NCBI GenBank assembly: GCA_038740245.1
Contig: JAVYLZ010000012.1
Span: forward strand, 1-17,473
Source of the DNA: Candidatus Micrarchaeia archaeon
GTDB lineage: Archaea; Micrarchaeota; Micrarchaeia; CAILAH01
DNA: 17,473 bases
Direction: 5' to 3'
Position numbers and translations under genes: made by a program. This document shows positions 1 through 8,279 of the stretch, piece by piece (positions within the stretch are counted from its first letter, which is position 1; the number at the start of each line of letters is the position of its first letter). The notes below the pieces were generated by a model. It was given only the letters and a program-made list of their open reading frames with translations. It had not been told where the DNA came from and made no database searches.

Positions 1-1221
1 CTGCTAATCTATCTAATTGGTGCACGGCTTTTGGATGAAAAACGTGCTTTGCTTGCAGTTGCAGTTTTCCTTGCCTCATTGCCTGCACTCCTTTATGGAG
101 GGCGTGTGATTACAGATCCCCTTACTCTCTTATTTACCCTGATCTCGTTGTATGGCGTGCTTATGCACGAAAAAACTCCGAAATCCATTATTCCGTTGTT
201 GCTCATAGGTGCCGGAATATTTGGTGCGAGCCTGTCAAAGAGCATCTCCTCCGGTATCCTTACAGTAGTGTTCGCACTCGCGCTGGCATATTTTGAGAAA
301 GTGCCTTTAAAACGCGCAGTAATCGCCTCGGGCATATCAATAATAATCGCCACAATCTCATTGAATGGGCAGTTTATTGTTACAGAGATTTACAGAGTAG
401 CACCACTTATGAGTGATGATTGGATACTTAAGACATTAAGCAACCTGGTACTATTACTACTTTATTTGGGACCGCTTTCAGTGTTCCTGTGGCTGTTCTT
501 TACAAAAATCCTTAATGAAAGAAGCTTCGGGTTCATTGATTTTTGGGCCATAAGCATATTTTCTCTGCTCGCAGTAAAGATTATTGCTGTTCTGCCGTGG
601 TATCTTATTTACTTTTTACCAGGGGTTTCACTTTTGATTGCGCGCCAAGCAACATCTAAATTTGACACGCTTGTTGTTTGCGCCATAATACTTGCATCTG
701 GCCTGACTTCAATGTTAATGCTGCTAAGTATTTTAGATAAAAATGATATGGATATGGCAGAAATCTCGGAATATATTCCTACGCTTGGGGAGAGGAAGAT
801 ACTAATCATATCGCGCTTAGGAGAGGTAATTGCAAACAAAGCATACGTGCTGAAAAATGCTGCACTTGTATTTCCAGAGAACGGAATATTTATTAGAGAG
901 CCAAATGATGGAATGCATTATATGGGCGTACGGAAAGAGGTTGCCACCGAGCATAATATACGAGGCCTCATATATGACTATGGCAATGAAACATACCTGC
1001 CAAAATTCATTGATATGATGAACGATTCCGAGAGGTACTACCCACCGATAGGGAGAACGCAGGCCAACTTTACTGGGCCGTTTGAAATTATAGTGGCGGA
1101 GGATGTGTACGCAAGCATAATTGAAAAAATTGCGCCTGAATATGAGGCAATTTACACAACTAAGAACAGCATGTATAAAGTATTTCGGCTAAAAGAAAGT
1201 GGTGGAATTGGAAAAGAATAA
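1..1221 (+). CDS. GT-C fold membrane glycosyltransferase (ArnT/PMT, GT39-like), 5' truncated by window edge
   Basis: Frame 1 is open from base 1 (LLIYLIGARLLDEKRALLA...), so the track start at 31 is internal. Many TM segments, motifs LLYGGRVITDPL, LSKS and PWYLIYFLP shared with the next gene, and a soluble C-terminal domain. Confidence 0.75.
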   Translation: MLIYLIGARLLDEKRALLAVAVFLASLPALLYGGRVITDPLTLLFTLISLYGVLMHEKTPKSIIPLLLIGAGIFGASLSKSISSGILTVVFALALAYFEKVPLKRAVIASGISIIIATISLNGQFIVTEIYRVAPLMSDDWILKTLSNLVLLLLYLGPLSVFLWLFFTKILNERSFGFIDFWAISIFSLLAVKIIAVLPWYLIYFLPGVSLLIARQATSKFDTLVVCAIILASGLTSMLMLLSILDKNDMDMAEISEYIPTLGERKILIISRLGEVIANKAYVLKNAALVFPENGIFIREPNDGMHYMGVRKEVATEHNIRGLIYDYGNETYLPKFIDMMNDSERYYPPIGRTQANFTGPFEIIVAEDVYASIIEKIAPEYEAIYTTKNSMYKVFRLKESGGIGKE

Positions 1222-2704
1222 GTGGCTGCTGGTAGGGCTGTTTGCATTCTCGCTGGTAGTATACCTATGGGCAGTGCTGTCGCTTGAAAAATACTGGTTC
1301 GTCGGGGACGAGGGGTTTTATGCGCTCAGCATTTATGAAGCCGCAAAGAGCGGCATAAAGCCGTACATAACGTATTACGGCACGCCTGTGTTCTGGAAGC
1401 CATTCCTTATGATTGATTTGTATGCGCTGGCCGCAGCACCGCTTGCAAGCCTGCTGCCGTATACCACCGCCTACCGCATACCTTCTGCAATCCTATCCGC
1501 CGCGGATGTAGTGCTCGTATATGTGATTGCAAGCGCACTGCTGAAGGACAATAAGAAGGCACTGATTGCAGCGCTCATATTCGGCCTCAACCCGCTTTCC
1601 CTTTTGTACGGGACCAAGGTGTTCAACGAGCCGCTTACGCTTTTCTTTGTCCTGGGCACTGCCCTCTCATCAATCAAGATGTGCGGAGGGGCACATAACC
1701 GCTTGCTGTGGCTTGCTTTGGCAGCCGTCTGTATTTTGGGTGCGGCATTTGCAAAGTCGGCAACGATGGGCATTGCGTGCGCGGGCATCTGCGTTGCGTA
1801 TGCATTCATAAGCAATCGGGAAGCTCTGCCGTATGCAGTCGGGGCTTCGCTGGCCGCCATTGGGATAATCCTCCTGTTCCCGTTCCTGACTGAATTCCCA
1901 GACGCATTCTATAAGCAGTATCTTGAGGACTTCTTTACAAGGAGGATGAACACGTTCAGGACTGATAACGTTGCTGCGGCGGCCGCAGTTTTCATCTACA
2001 TCATTCCCATTATTATGGTTGGCTACAAGAGCTTCTCATTAAAGGACAGGAGCCACCTGTTCCTTGCGCTGTGGGCCTTGCCTGTGCTCGCAGTAATGGT
2101 TACCACGCCATATGCGTGGTATTTGCTGTATTTCCTGCCGCCGATTGCCATGCTCGCGGCGGCACTGAGCGCGGACACAAAAATTGACCGCATTGCGATT
2201 TACGCACTCATTGTTATCGGAGTAATTGGCTATCTCCTCATTGGGACTGAATTATATGATGAGGAGCTACGCATGGTCGATTACATAGCCAAGAACATAG
2301 GCAAAAATGAGTGCACCCTATTCGTCGGCGCCATGCTCCCTACCATACATTCCTACCTTGAGATGAACGGCTATGCGCACAGCACTGCGTTTACGTATGT
2401 GCGCGAGTATACGCCTGACGGGATATTCCTAAAGGCAAACCTGACGCAGGAGGAGATGGACACTCTTGTGCATTCGTATGAGAGTGCGGACTTCATAAAG
2501 CCAATCAGCTCCTTCAGGTACATTATGCTGCCCTGGCAGGGGATTGATTACAGCCAAAGGTTCAGGACAGACAAGGGATGCAGCTCGTTCAAAAAAGTAA
2601 TAATCACAGATGCTGACAAAATGTATGCGCTTGACGGCTACAGGCTCTCTTACGAGAAAAACCAATTTGTAGTTTGGGAACGGGCTGGGCACAATGAAAG
2701 CTAA
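1199..2704 (+). CDS. GT-C fold membrane glycosyltransferase (ArnT/PMT, GT39-like)
   Basis: N-terminal TM followed by the GDEGFY acidic loop motif, KP, YRIPSAILS, LYGTKVFNEPL, FAKS and AWYLLYFLPP; about 10 or more TM helices. Start may be GTG 1199 or TTG 1208. Confidence 0.85.
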   Translation: MVELEKNKWLLVGLFAFSLVVYLWAVLSLEKYWFVGDEGFYALSIYEAAKSGIKPYITYYGTPVFWKPFLMIDLYALAAAPLASLLPYTTAYRIPSAILSAADVVLVYVIASALLKDNKKALIAALIFGLNPLSLLYGTKVFNEPLTLFFVLGTALSSIKMCGGAHNRLLWLALAAVCILGAAFAKSATMGIACAGICVAYAFISNREALPYAVGASLAAIGIILLFPFLTEFPDAFYKQYLEDFFTRRMNTFRTDNVAAAAAVFIYIIPIIMVGYKSFSLKDRSHLFLALWALPVLAVMVTTPYAWYLLYFLPPIAMLAAALSADTKIDRIAIYALIVIGVIGYLLIGTELYDEELRMVDYIAKNIGKNECTLFVGAMLPTIHSYLEMNGYAHSTAFTYVREYTPDGIFLKANLTQEEMDTLVHSYESADFIKPISSFRYIMLPWQGIDYSQRFRTDKGCSSFKKVIITDADKMYALDGYRLSYEKNQFVVWERAGHNES

Positions 2705-3386
2705 AATGCACTTATTGCACCGAGAGCTTGCGGAAAGCCATTTCTGGTTCAGGGGCAGGAAAGCAGTTATTGATTCGCTTCTATCAGGCCTGCGCATTAG
2801 AGGTAAGAGGGCACTTGAGGTTGGCATAGGCACAGGCAATATGCTGGGCTCAATAAAAGGGTGCGGCTTCGGAATGGTAGATGGCGTAGATGTGCACAAA
2901 AACAGGCATGCAAAGGGATATCGGCACATATACTGGGAGCGGTTTGAGCATTTCAGGCCAGCATACAAGTATGACGCCATATTTATGTTTGATGCACTTG
3001 AGCACATGCATGATGACCGTGAGGCACTTAAGCGGGCATACTTGCTGCTCAAGAAAGGCGGCTGCCTTGTTGTTACTGTTCCAGCAATTAAATGGCTTTG
3101 GTCAAAGCACGATGAGGATAATATGCACTACAGGAGATATGAGCTGCAGGGGCTCAAGAACACCCTGGAGAAGGAGAGGTTTCTGGTCGTGAGAGCCACT
3201 TATTTCAACACTCTGCTGTTCCCCCTTGTTGTACTCGCAAGGAAACTTGGCTCGGGCGGGCTAGGCAAAGTAAATCCAATCCTAAATTGGCTGCTGTTTG
3301 AGCTGTTTGCGCTTGAGCGGCACTTGGTTAGGTTCTTCCCTTTGCCATATGGCGCCTCGCTTTTTGTGTGTGCAAAAAAACTATAG
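2694..3386 (+). CDS. Class I SAM-dependent methyltransferase (glycosylation-cluster type)
   Basis: Motif I LEVGIGTG, FDALEH, LKKGG and TVPA, plus HFWFRGR and WSKHDEDNMHYRRY typical of methyltransferases found beside GT2 genes. Confidence 0.9.
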   Translation: MKAKMHLLHRELAESHFWFRGRKAVIDSLLSGLRIRGKRALEVGIGTGNMLGSIKGCGFGMVDGVDVHKNRHAKGYRHIYWERFEHFRPAYKYDAIFMFDALEHMHDDREALKRAYLLLKKGGCLVVTVPAIKWLWSKHDEDNMHYRRYELQGLKNTLEKERFLVVRATYFNTLLFPLVVLARKLGSGGLGKVNPILNWLLFELFALERHLVRFFPLPYGASLFVCAKKL

Positions 3387-4298
3387 GTTGACCTTATCCT
3401 TTATGACTGCTGGCGTACCGCGCAAAAGCTGCGTGTTGCGGTAGATGTATTCGCCTATTGCGCCAAGTGCAAAGAACTGCATGCTCGCAAAAAGCGAAAG
3501 GAACACGTTGGTGCTCGCCCATCCCTCAACGGGCCGCCCGTTGAAATATGAATAAATGATGAAAACAGCATATGCGATGGACAGCAGCATAAAAATGGCG
3601 CTAAGCACGATTGCCATACGGAGGAGCGCCGCTGTTGAGAATATCATTGCGTTGAAAGCAAGCACGAATGAGTTGATTATGTTGTATTTGGTCTCGCCGG
3701 TTGCACGCGCAGGCCTGTCAAAAAAGACTTCTGAACGGTAATCAGTAAGTGAGTCCACCCACCTGAAATACTTGTCCGTGCCCCTTATTGATGTGTACGC
3801 ATCAATTATTGACCTGTCAACAAGCTTGAAGTTGCCAGAACTCGGGTTGATTTGCACGTTAAGCACCTTTCTCATAAGCCAGTTGAATGCACGGGAGGAG
3901 ATTTTCTTCCATACATTCTCACCAGCCCTTCCCTTGCGGGCCGCTGAAACGACCAAACTCCCCTTTTCCCACTCACCAACAAGGGATGGGATTAATGCGG
4001 GTGGGTCCTGCAAGTCCCCATCCATAACAACTGCCGCGGCGCCTTTTGCGTGCCTTAGCCCGACATCAATCGCATTATCCTGCCCAAGCCTCCTTGAAAG
4101 CACTACAAGTTTCCAGGACTTGTCCTTTTTGCATATGCCCCGGGCAATCTGCTCAGTGGCATCTGTTGACGGGTCCATAACAAGTATTACTTCCTTGCGG
4201 TAGCCGGGGATTTTAACTGCTGAGAGCTCCCTGTAAAGCAACGGGAGCATTTCTTCCTCATTGTAGATTGGAATAACGATTGAGATTATTTTTTGCAT
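3381..4298 (-). CDS. GT2 polyprenol-phosphate glycosyltransferase, GtrB/ArnC-like, with two C-terminal TM helices
   Basis: SIVIPIYNEE, SRRLGQ, MDGDLQDPP, RATGETKY and C-terminal GWAS...LGAIGEYIYR. Confidence 0.9.
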   Translation of the reverse strand: MQKIISIVIPIYNEEEMLPLLYRELSAVKIPGYRKEVILVMDPSTDATEQIARGICKKDKSWKLVVLSRRLGQDNAIDVGLRHAKGAAAVVMDGDLQDPPALIPSLVGEWEKGSLVVSAARKGRAGENVWKKISSRAFNWLMRKVLNVQINPSSGNFKLVDRSIIDAYTSIRGTDKYFRWVDSLTDYRSEVFFDRPARATGETKYNIINSFVLAFNAMIFSTAALLRMAIVLSAIFMLLSIAYAVFIIYSYFNGRPVEGWASTNVFLSLFASMQFFALGAIGEYIYRNTQLLRGTPAVIKDKVNL

Positions 4299-4963
4299 GC
4301 CACCAGCCCCGCAACCTGCTTCAGGAACTCGGTGCGCGTTTTCAGGTCAAGCTTGCTGCTGCCCTTCCCCCGCATGTGGAACACTATTGGGACCTCAATT
4401 ATTTTTGAGAACCTTCCTTTCGCGAGTATTTCAAGGAGTATCTTGTAGCCGATCGGGTTTATCTTTGGCGCAAGCTTCTGGAATGAGTCGCGCCTGAGCA
4501 TAAAGAACCCGCTCAGCGGGTCGTGCACATTAATGCCCAGTGCATACCTGCATATGAGCGTGCCGAGCTTTGAATCTGCACGCTGCGGGTTGTTGAGGTT
4601 TTTAATAAAACGTGAGCCGATAACCAAAGGATCCTTATGCTTCTTCACAATGGAATACATTTTGCGCAAGTATGCTGGGTCATGCTGTAGGTCGCCATCC
4701 ATCACGCATACGTACTCTCCTGAAGCGCGCTTGAGGCCGTCCATAACCGCGCTTGACAGCCCCATCTTTGCGCCGCGGTTCATGTAAATTATGCGCTTGT
4801 CCTTGAGCGCAATATCTCTGATTATGCGGCCCGTGCCGTCCGTTGAGCCGTCATCCACAAATATTATCTCGTATTTCTGCCTGCCAAGAGATTTTGATAT
4901 GCGGGCGACAAGCTCCTTTACATTGGCCGCCTCATTATAAATCGGGATAATTATTGAGAGCAC
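4286..4963 (-). CDS. GT2 DPM1-like polyprenol monophosphomannose synthase family
   Basis: SIIIPIYNE, VDDGSTDGT, GLSSAVMDG, MDGDLQHDP, GSRF, DPLSGFF, GYKILLE and RGKGSSKL; GTG start; no TM tail. Confidence 0.9.
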   Translation of the reverse strand: MLSIIIPIYNEAANVKELVARISKSLGRQKYEIIFVDDGSTDGTGRIIRDIALKDKRIIYMNRGAKMGLSSAVMDGLKRASGEYVCVMDGDLQHDPAYLRKMYSIVKKHKDPLVIGSRFIKNLNNPQRADSKLGTLICRYALGINVHDPLSGFFMLRRDSFQKLAPKINPIGYKILLEILAKGRFSKIIEVPIVFHMRGKGSSKLDLKTRTEFLKQVAGLVACKK

Positions 4964-5015
4964 GGCTCAATTAAGGCACGCAACTAATATAAAATATGAG
5001 AGGGAATTATAAAGC
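4964..5015. promoter_or_regulatory. Divergent core promoter region with central TATA (4988-4994)
   Basis: TATAAAA lies about 21-24 nt from both start codons (4963 minus, 5016 plus), matching leaderless archaeal promoter geometry. Confidence 0.55.
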
Positions 5016-6161
5016 ATGAGGACTGCTTTAGCAATATTGGCGCTTATCATTGTATTGCAGATGGCATACGCCTGGACAAACTATACTGCAGTATACGTGG
5101 CAAAACAGGTGCTTCTTCAGGATTACCCACACTGCGGGGATTACATTGAGGAGGGAGTGCTTGAGGTAATTGCAAGCGAGAAGGCTGATGCAGCGCTTGG
5201 CGAGCCGGTTAATATGCACTGCGATACACTGACCTGCCCCGCATTTGACCCAAACTACTGCCAAACAGGCCCTAAAAGCTGCAAAAGCGAGGTAACCGCA
5301 GGTGAGATGAAAACACGGGCAAAGGGAATGTGCGACTGTGCACAGGCAAAACAGCTTGCCAAGGCCGTTACGTATTTCATATCAAAGTATAACCCGATGA
5401 ACCTGATGGTGCGCGAGAGTGCTGCATGCAGGAACGGGTTTGACGGTGCGGTTGAAAATGCAGTAAGAAGCGGGAATAAGAGCTGGAGCGTAAGCTACGC
5501 ATGTGATGCTCCAAACCGCACGTTCACATTCACGTCCGAGAAATTCAATGAAATGGTATTCGGTGCAAAATCGTTCGCGTTTGCGGAGGCATTTGCAGGG
5601 ACAAGCCCGTGGTACTGCTACACGCTCGGTGGCGGGCACTGGAGTGACAATAATTCCGGCGGCGGCCAGGCAGCTGCAAAAAAGGCAGGTGAGCTGTGCG
5701 CGCGGGATGACGAGTGCCAGAGCGGCAACTGCAACAACAACGTATGCTGCACCGAGGGTGAGGTGTGCTGCCCCGTGCCGGGGCTTGCGGGCTACCCGTG
5801 CAGTGAGGGTGAGAGATGCTCTGATGAATACGCTTGCAGGCAGATAATACTTGGTGACGGCGAGGTTTGCAACAGCAACAGTGAATGCCTCAGCGGCAAC
5901 TGCAAGGCCGGCTCACGAAGCGCCCTCAAAAGATACTGCTGTGCACAGGGGAATGAATACTGCTGTGCAAACGATAATGACTGCCTTGCGAGTGAGCGGT
6001 GTGAGCAGCATGCATGCGTTTCAATCATTGCGGAAACAGGCACTGAAAATAATGAAGGAACACCTGAAGAGGAGATCTCGCAAAAGCTTCTGTGGTGCCT
6101 TCCAGTGATATTGCTCGCATTTTTGGCTGCGGTCGGGTACGTTGTAATGCAAAGGTCCTGA
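5016..6161 (+). CDS. Exported Cys-rich protein with C-terminal TM anchor; possible degenerate Zn-dependent PLC/S1-P1 nuclease-like N-domain plus two 10-Cys repeats
   Basis: Signal peptide ending AYA|W, a Gly-rich linker, 20 Cys in two repeats, an acidic spacer and a hydrophobic C-terminal helix. Confidence 0.8.
   Translation: MRTALAILALIIVLQMAYAWTNYTAVYVAKQVLLQDYPHCGDYIEEGVLEVIASEKADAALGEPVNMHCDTLTCPAFDPNYCQTGPKSCKSEVTAGEMKTRAKGMCDCAQAKQLAKAVTYFISKYNPMNLMVRESAACRNGFDGAVENAVRSGNKSWSVSYACDAPNRTFTFTSEKFNEMVFGAKSFAFAEAFAGTSPWYCYTLGGGHWSDNNSGGGQAAAKKAGELCARDDECQSGNCNNNVCCTEGEVCCPVPGLAGYPCSEGERCSDEYACRQIILGDGEVCNSNSECLSGNCKAGSRSALKRYCCAQGNEYCCANDNDCLASERCEQHACVSIIAETGTENNEGTPEEEISQKLLWCLPVILLAFLAAVGYVVMQRS
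5688..6017 (+). repeat. Intragenic tandem duplication of a 10-Cys module
   Basis: GELC-x5-C-QSGNC and GEVC-x5-C-LSGNC, each followed by CC..CC..C..C..C. Identical 14-mer agcggcaactgcaa at 5721-5734 and 5892-5905. Confidence 0.85.
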
Positions 6162-6162
6162 G

Positions 6163-6906
6163 ATGGGCATACGCATTGTTTATTCACGGGAGGACCCTGC
6201 CGCCACAAACATACTGCGGCATATTGAGCAGATTGGAACATGCAGTTTCCCGATTGAATGCATTGATGGGAGTGCGCTTGAGTTTTGCGCCAGGCACACG
6301 CATGATGTGCACATATGCCTGAGCAAGCACAGGAGCGTGAAACGCGTGCCTGCGCTTACCTGCCATCATACGGGCAACTGGACGGCCGAAGCGTTATATG
6401 GCGGGAGGCCGCACGAAGTGTGCATTGCGGCCCCCTCAGTGGCAACCGCACTTGCGCGCAGCATCTCAGCGCGTATCGGCACTGTGGGTGGCTATGAATT
6501 CTCGCTTGAGGTGACGCATCACGGGCCGACAGGCAATTTCCCGATTGTGTTTGCTGAGATTGGGAGCTGTGAGGAGGACTGGGGCAACCAAAGCGCCGGG
6601 CTGGCGATTGCGGAGGCCATTTGCAGCCTGGAGCCCTGTGAAGAAGGCGAGGTTGTTATGGGCGCCGGCGGGCCGCATTATGCGCCCAACTTCACAAAAC
6701 TCATCGGCAGCTACAGGATAGGGCATATTATCCCAAAATATGCCGTTGACGGGCTTGAGTATGAAACGTTTGCGATGGGGATAACACGCTCAGTGGATTC
6801 AGTTGGGAAGGTGCTCATTGACTGGAAAGGGCTTGACGGGCCGCAGCGCGATAAAATTACCAAATTTTGCAATGAGTTCGGGATTGAGCACATCAAATAC
6901 AAGTAA
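6163..6906 (+). CDS. dtdA: D-aminoacyl-tRNA deacylase, archaeal DTD2/GEK1 type
   Basis: SKHRS, LTCHHTGN, EVTHHGP, EIGSCEEDW, GGPHYAPNF, GHIIPKY and DWKG. Confidence 0.93.
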   Translation: MGIRIVYSREDPAATNILRHIEQIGTCSFPIECIDGSALEFCARHTHDVHICLSKHRSVKRVPALTCHHTGNWTAEALYGGRPHEVCIAAPSVATALARSISARIGTVGGYEFSLEVTHHGPTGNFPIVFAEIGSCEEDWGNQSAGLAIAEAICSLEPCEEGEVVMGAGGPHYAPNFTKLIGSYRIGHIIPKYAVDGLEYETFAMGITRSVDSVGKVLIDWKGLDGPQRDKITKFCNEFGIEHIKYK

Positions 6907-6982
6907 CCAATAGCAGAAAACGCAAACAAGCTGGATTGTCCAATCGCAATGAGTTTGGGTGAGTGCCAATTCGTTGGATTGC

Positions 6983-8206
6983 TCAGCACATATAATCTGT
7001 CAGTCGGCTTTGCTTGAGCATCACATCGGCCTTGAGGTAATCGCCTATTGGGTTCTTGAGCAGCAGTGCTGCGTAATCCAGCATATCCTTAAGCGATGAG
7101 AACTTGGTAGGGCCTGCCCTGAATGCATTGCGCACATTCTCCCTTACTTGCCACACACCGACTGGCACAACGTATGCTGGATCAACCTCGCGTATAACCA
7201 TAACTCGCGCCTGCCGCCGCCGCTCAAACAGGTGCTCGGTAACTGCATACCGCGAGGCATAATAGCCGCCCACCTGCAAATCTGCATAATCACTCCTGCC
7301 GCCAAAAGGCTCATACTCCACTGTGATGTATGCACCTGTATGTGAAGATGTATCAAGGTTCCAGAGGGAGCCTTTTGCCCACGCCTCAAAATTCTCAAAC
7401 TCCCATCTGCCGGGCATAAGCATCACTGCATAACGGTTGTGCAGGTATTCACTGAAATACAGCTCATAAGAGCTTATCTCAGGGAATTCGCGTACTGATT
7501 CCATGTGTATTTTTGAAATCATGTCATCCATGGCTGTTATGCTCCAGCGTGTCGGCACAAGACGCTGCCTCTGCTGCTGCCCAAGCACGCCCGCACTGAG
7601 CACTTTCGTGAGGTAATAATTGTCATACCCGCGGTAAAGGAGCTCCTTAACGGCGGTTGTTGTGGCCACCCCCTCGCTGGCAAGCGAATCAACACGCGCG
7701 GGTATCTTTGGGTTCCCGACTATTGAATACTTCTCAAGCTGGCCGAGCGGTCCCATGGGCTGCACAAGCGGCGAAAATGTAACTTCCTGCTTTGGCACAT
7801 ACTTGAATTTAAGCTCAACATCAACCGGCGCGGTCGAGAGCACTATCTCCTGCATATCACGCACATACTTGTCCTTTTGCGTAACCTCACGCTTCACTGC
7901 GCTCCTGAACAGCTGGGAGCGCGATTGAATTATGGATTCAAGCGGCTGGCCGAACATCCTGCGCGGGTCATCCTCAACTGGGACATCGCTGGCCATTGCG
8001 CCCACTGCAACCGTCGGGTAGCCGGTATGCCCCACAAAAATGTTCGGCGGTGACGGCCCGAAAATTTCGGCCTTTGCCTTCAAAAAGATGCTGTTCTGCA
8101 GCTGCACACGCTGGAGTATCGGGCATTGGCCGAGGCCGCACAGGTTCCTTGACCCCTGGCACGACACGCACATGCTGGCAGGCGGATGCATGCGATTATT
8201 GGGCAT
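6983..8206 (-). CDS. nreA: Nre family DNA repair protein (PCNA-interacting)
   Basis: N-terminal CxxCxGxxxLCGxxxCP, SPPNIFVG, RLVPTRWSITAMDD, GGYYASR, PVGVWQVRENVR and C-terminal PIP box QSRLTDY. Start could be 8191. Confidence 0.93.
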   Translation of the reverse strand: MPNNRMHPPASMCVSCQGSRNLCGLGQCPILQRVQLQNSIFLKAKAEIFGPSPPNIFVGHTGYPTVAVGAMASDVPVEDDPRRMFGQPLESIIQSRSQLFRSAVKREVTQKDKYVRDMQEIVLSTAPVDVELKFKYVPKQEVTFSPLVQPMGPLGQLEKYSIVGNPKIPARVDSLASEGVATTTAVKELLYRGYDNYYLTKVLSAGVLGQQQRQRLVPTRWSITAMDDMISKIHMESVREFPEISSYELYFSEYLHNRYAVMLMPGRWEFENFEAWAKGSLWNLDTSSHTGAYITVEYEPFGGRSDYADLQVGGYYASRYAVTEHLFERRRQARVMVIREVDPAYVVPVGVWQVRENVRNAFRAGPTKFSSLKDMLDYAALLLKNPIGDYLKADVMLKQSRLTDYMC

Positions 8207-8279
8207 TTGACCTTTTTAAGTTGCTCCTGTGCACCTTGCCGCGCACGCACTTATAAGCATTTGAAGGCCAACAAGCATT
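8207..8279. promoter_or_regulatory. Divergent promoter region nreA / DUF63
   Basis: TTATAA at 8251-8256 is 23 nt before ATG 8280; a second TTAAAAA lies on the minus strand at about 8213-8219. Confidence 0.5.

Noticed and set aside
31..33. TTG start of the first ORF
   Set aside because: The frame is open to base 1 and the GT-C N-terminal DE loop is missing, so the true start lies upstream of the window.
2429..3052. 207-aa minus-strand ORF and the other short overlapping ORFs in the track
   Set aside because: They are antisense or out-of-frame shadows of well-supported genes with no recognisable motifs.
6966..6977. ccaa-ttcg-ttgg UUCG hairpin and repeated ccaat words between dtdA and nreA
   Set aside because: Only a 4-bp stem, without the C-G closing pair of a stable cUUCGg loop; compatible with chance.
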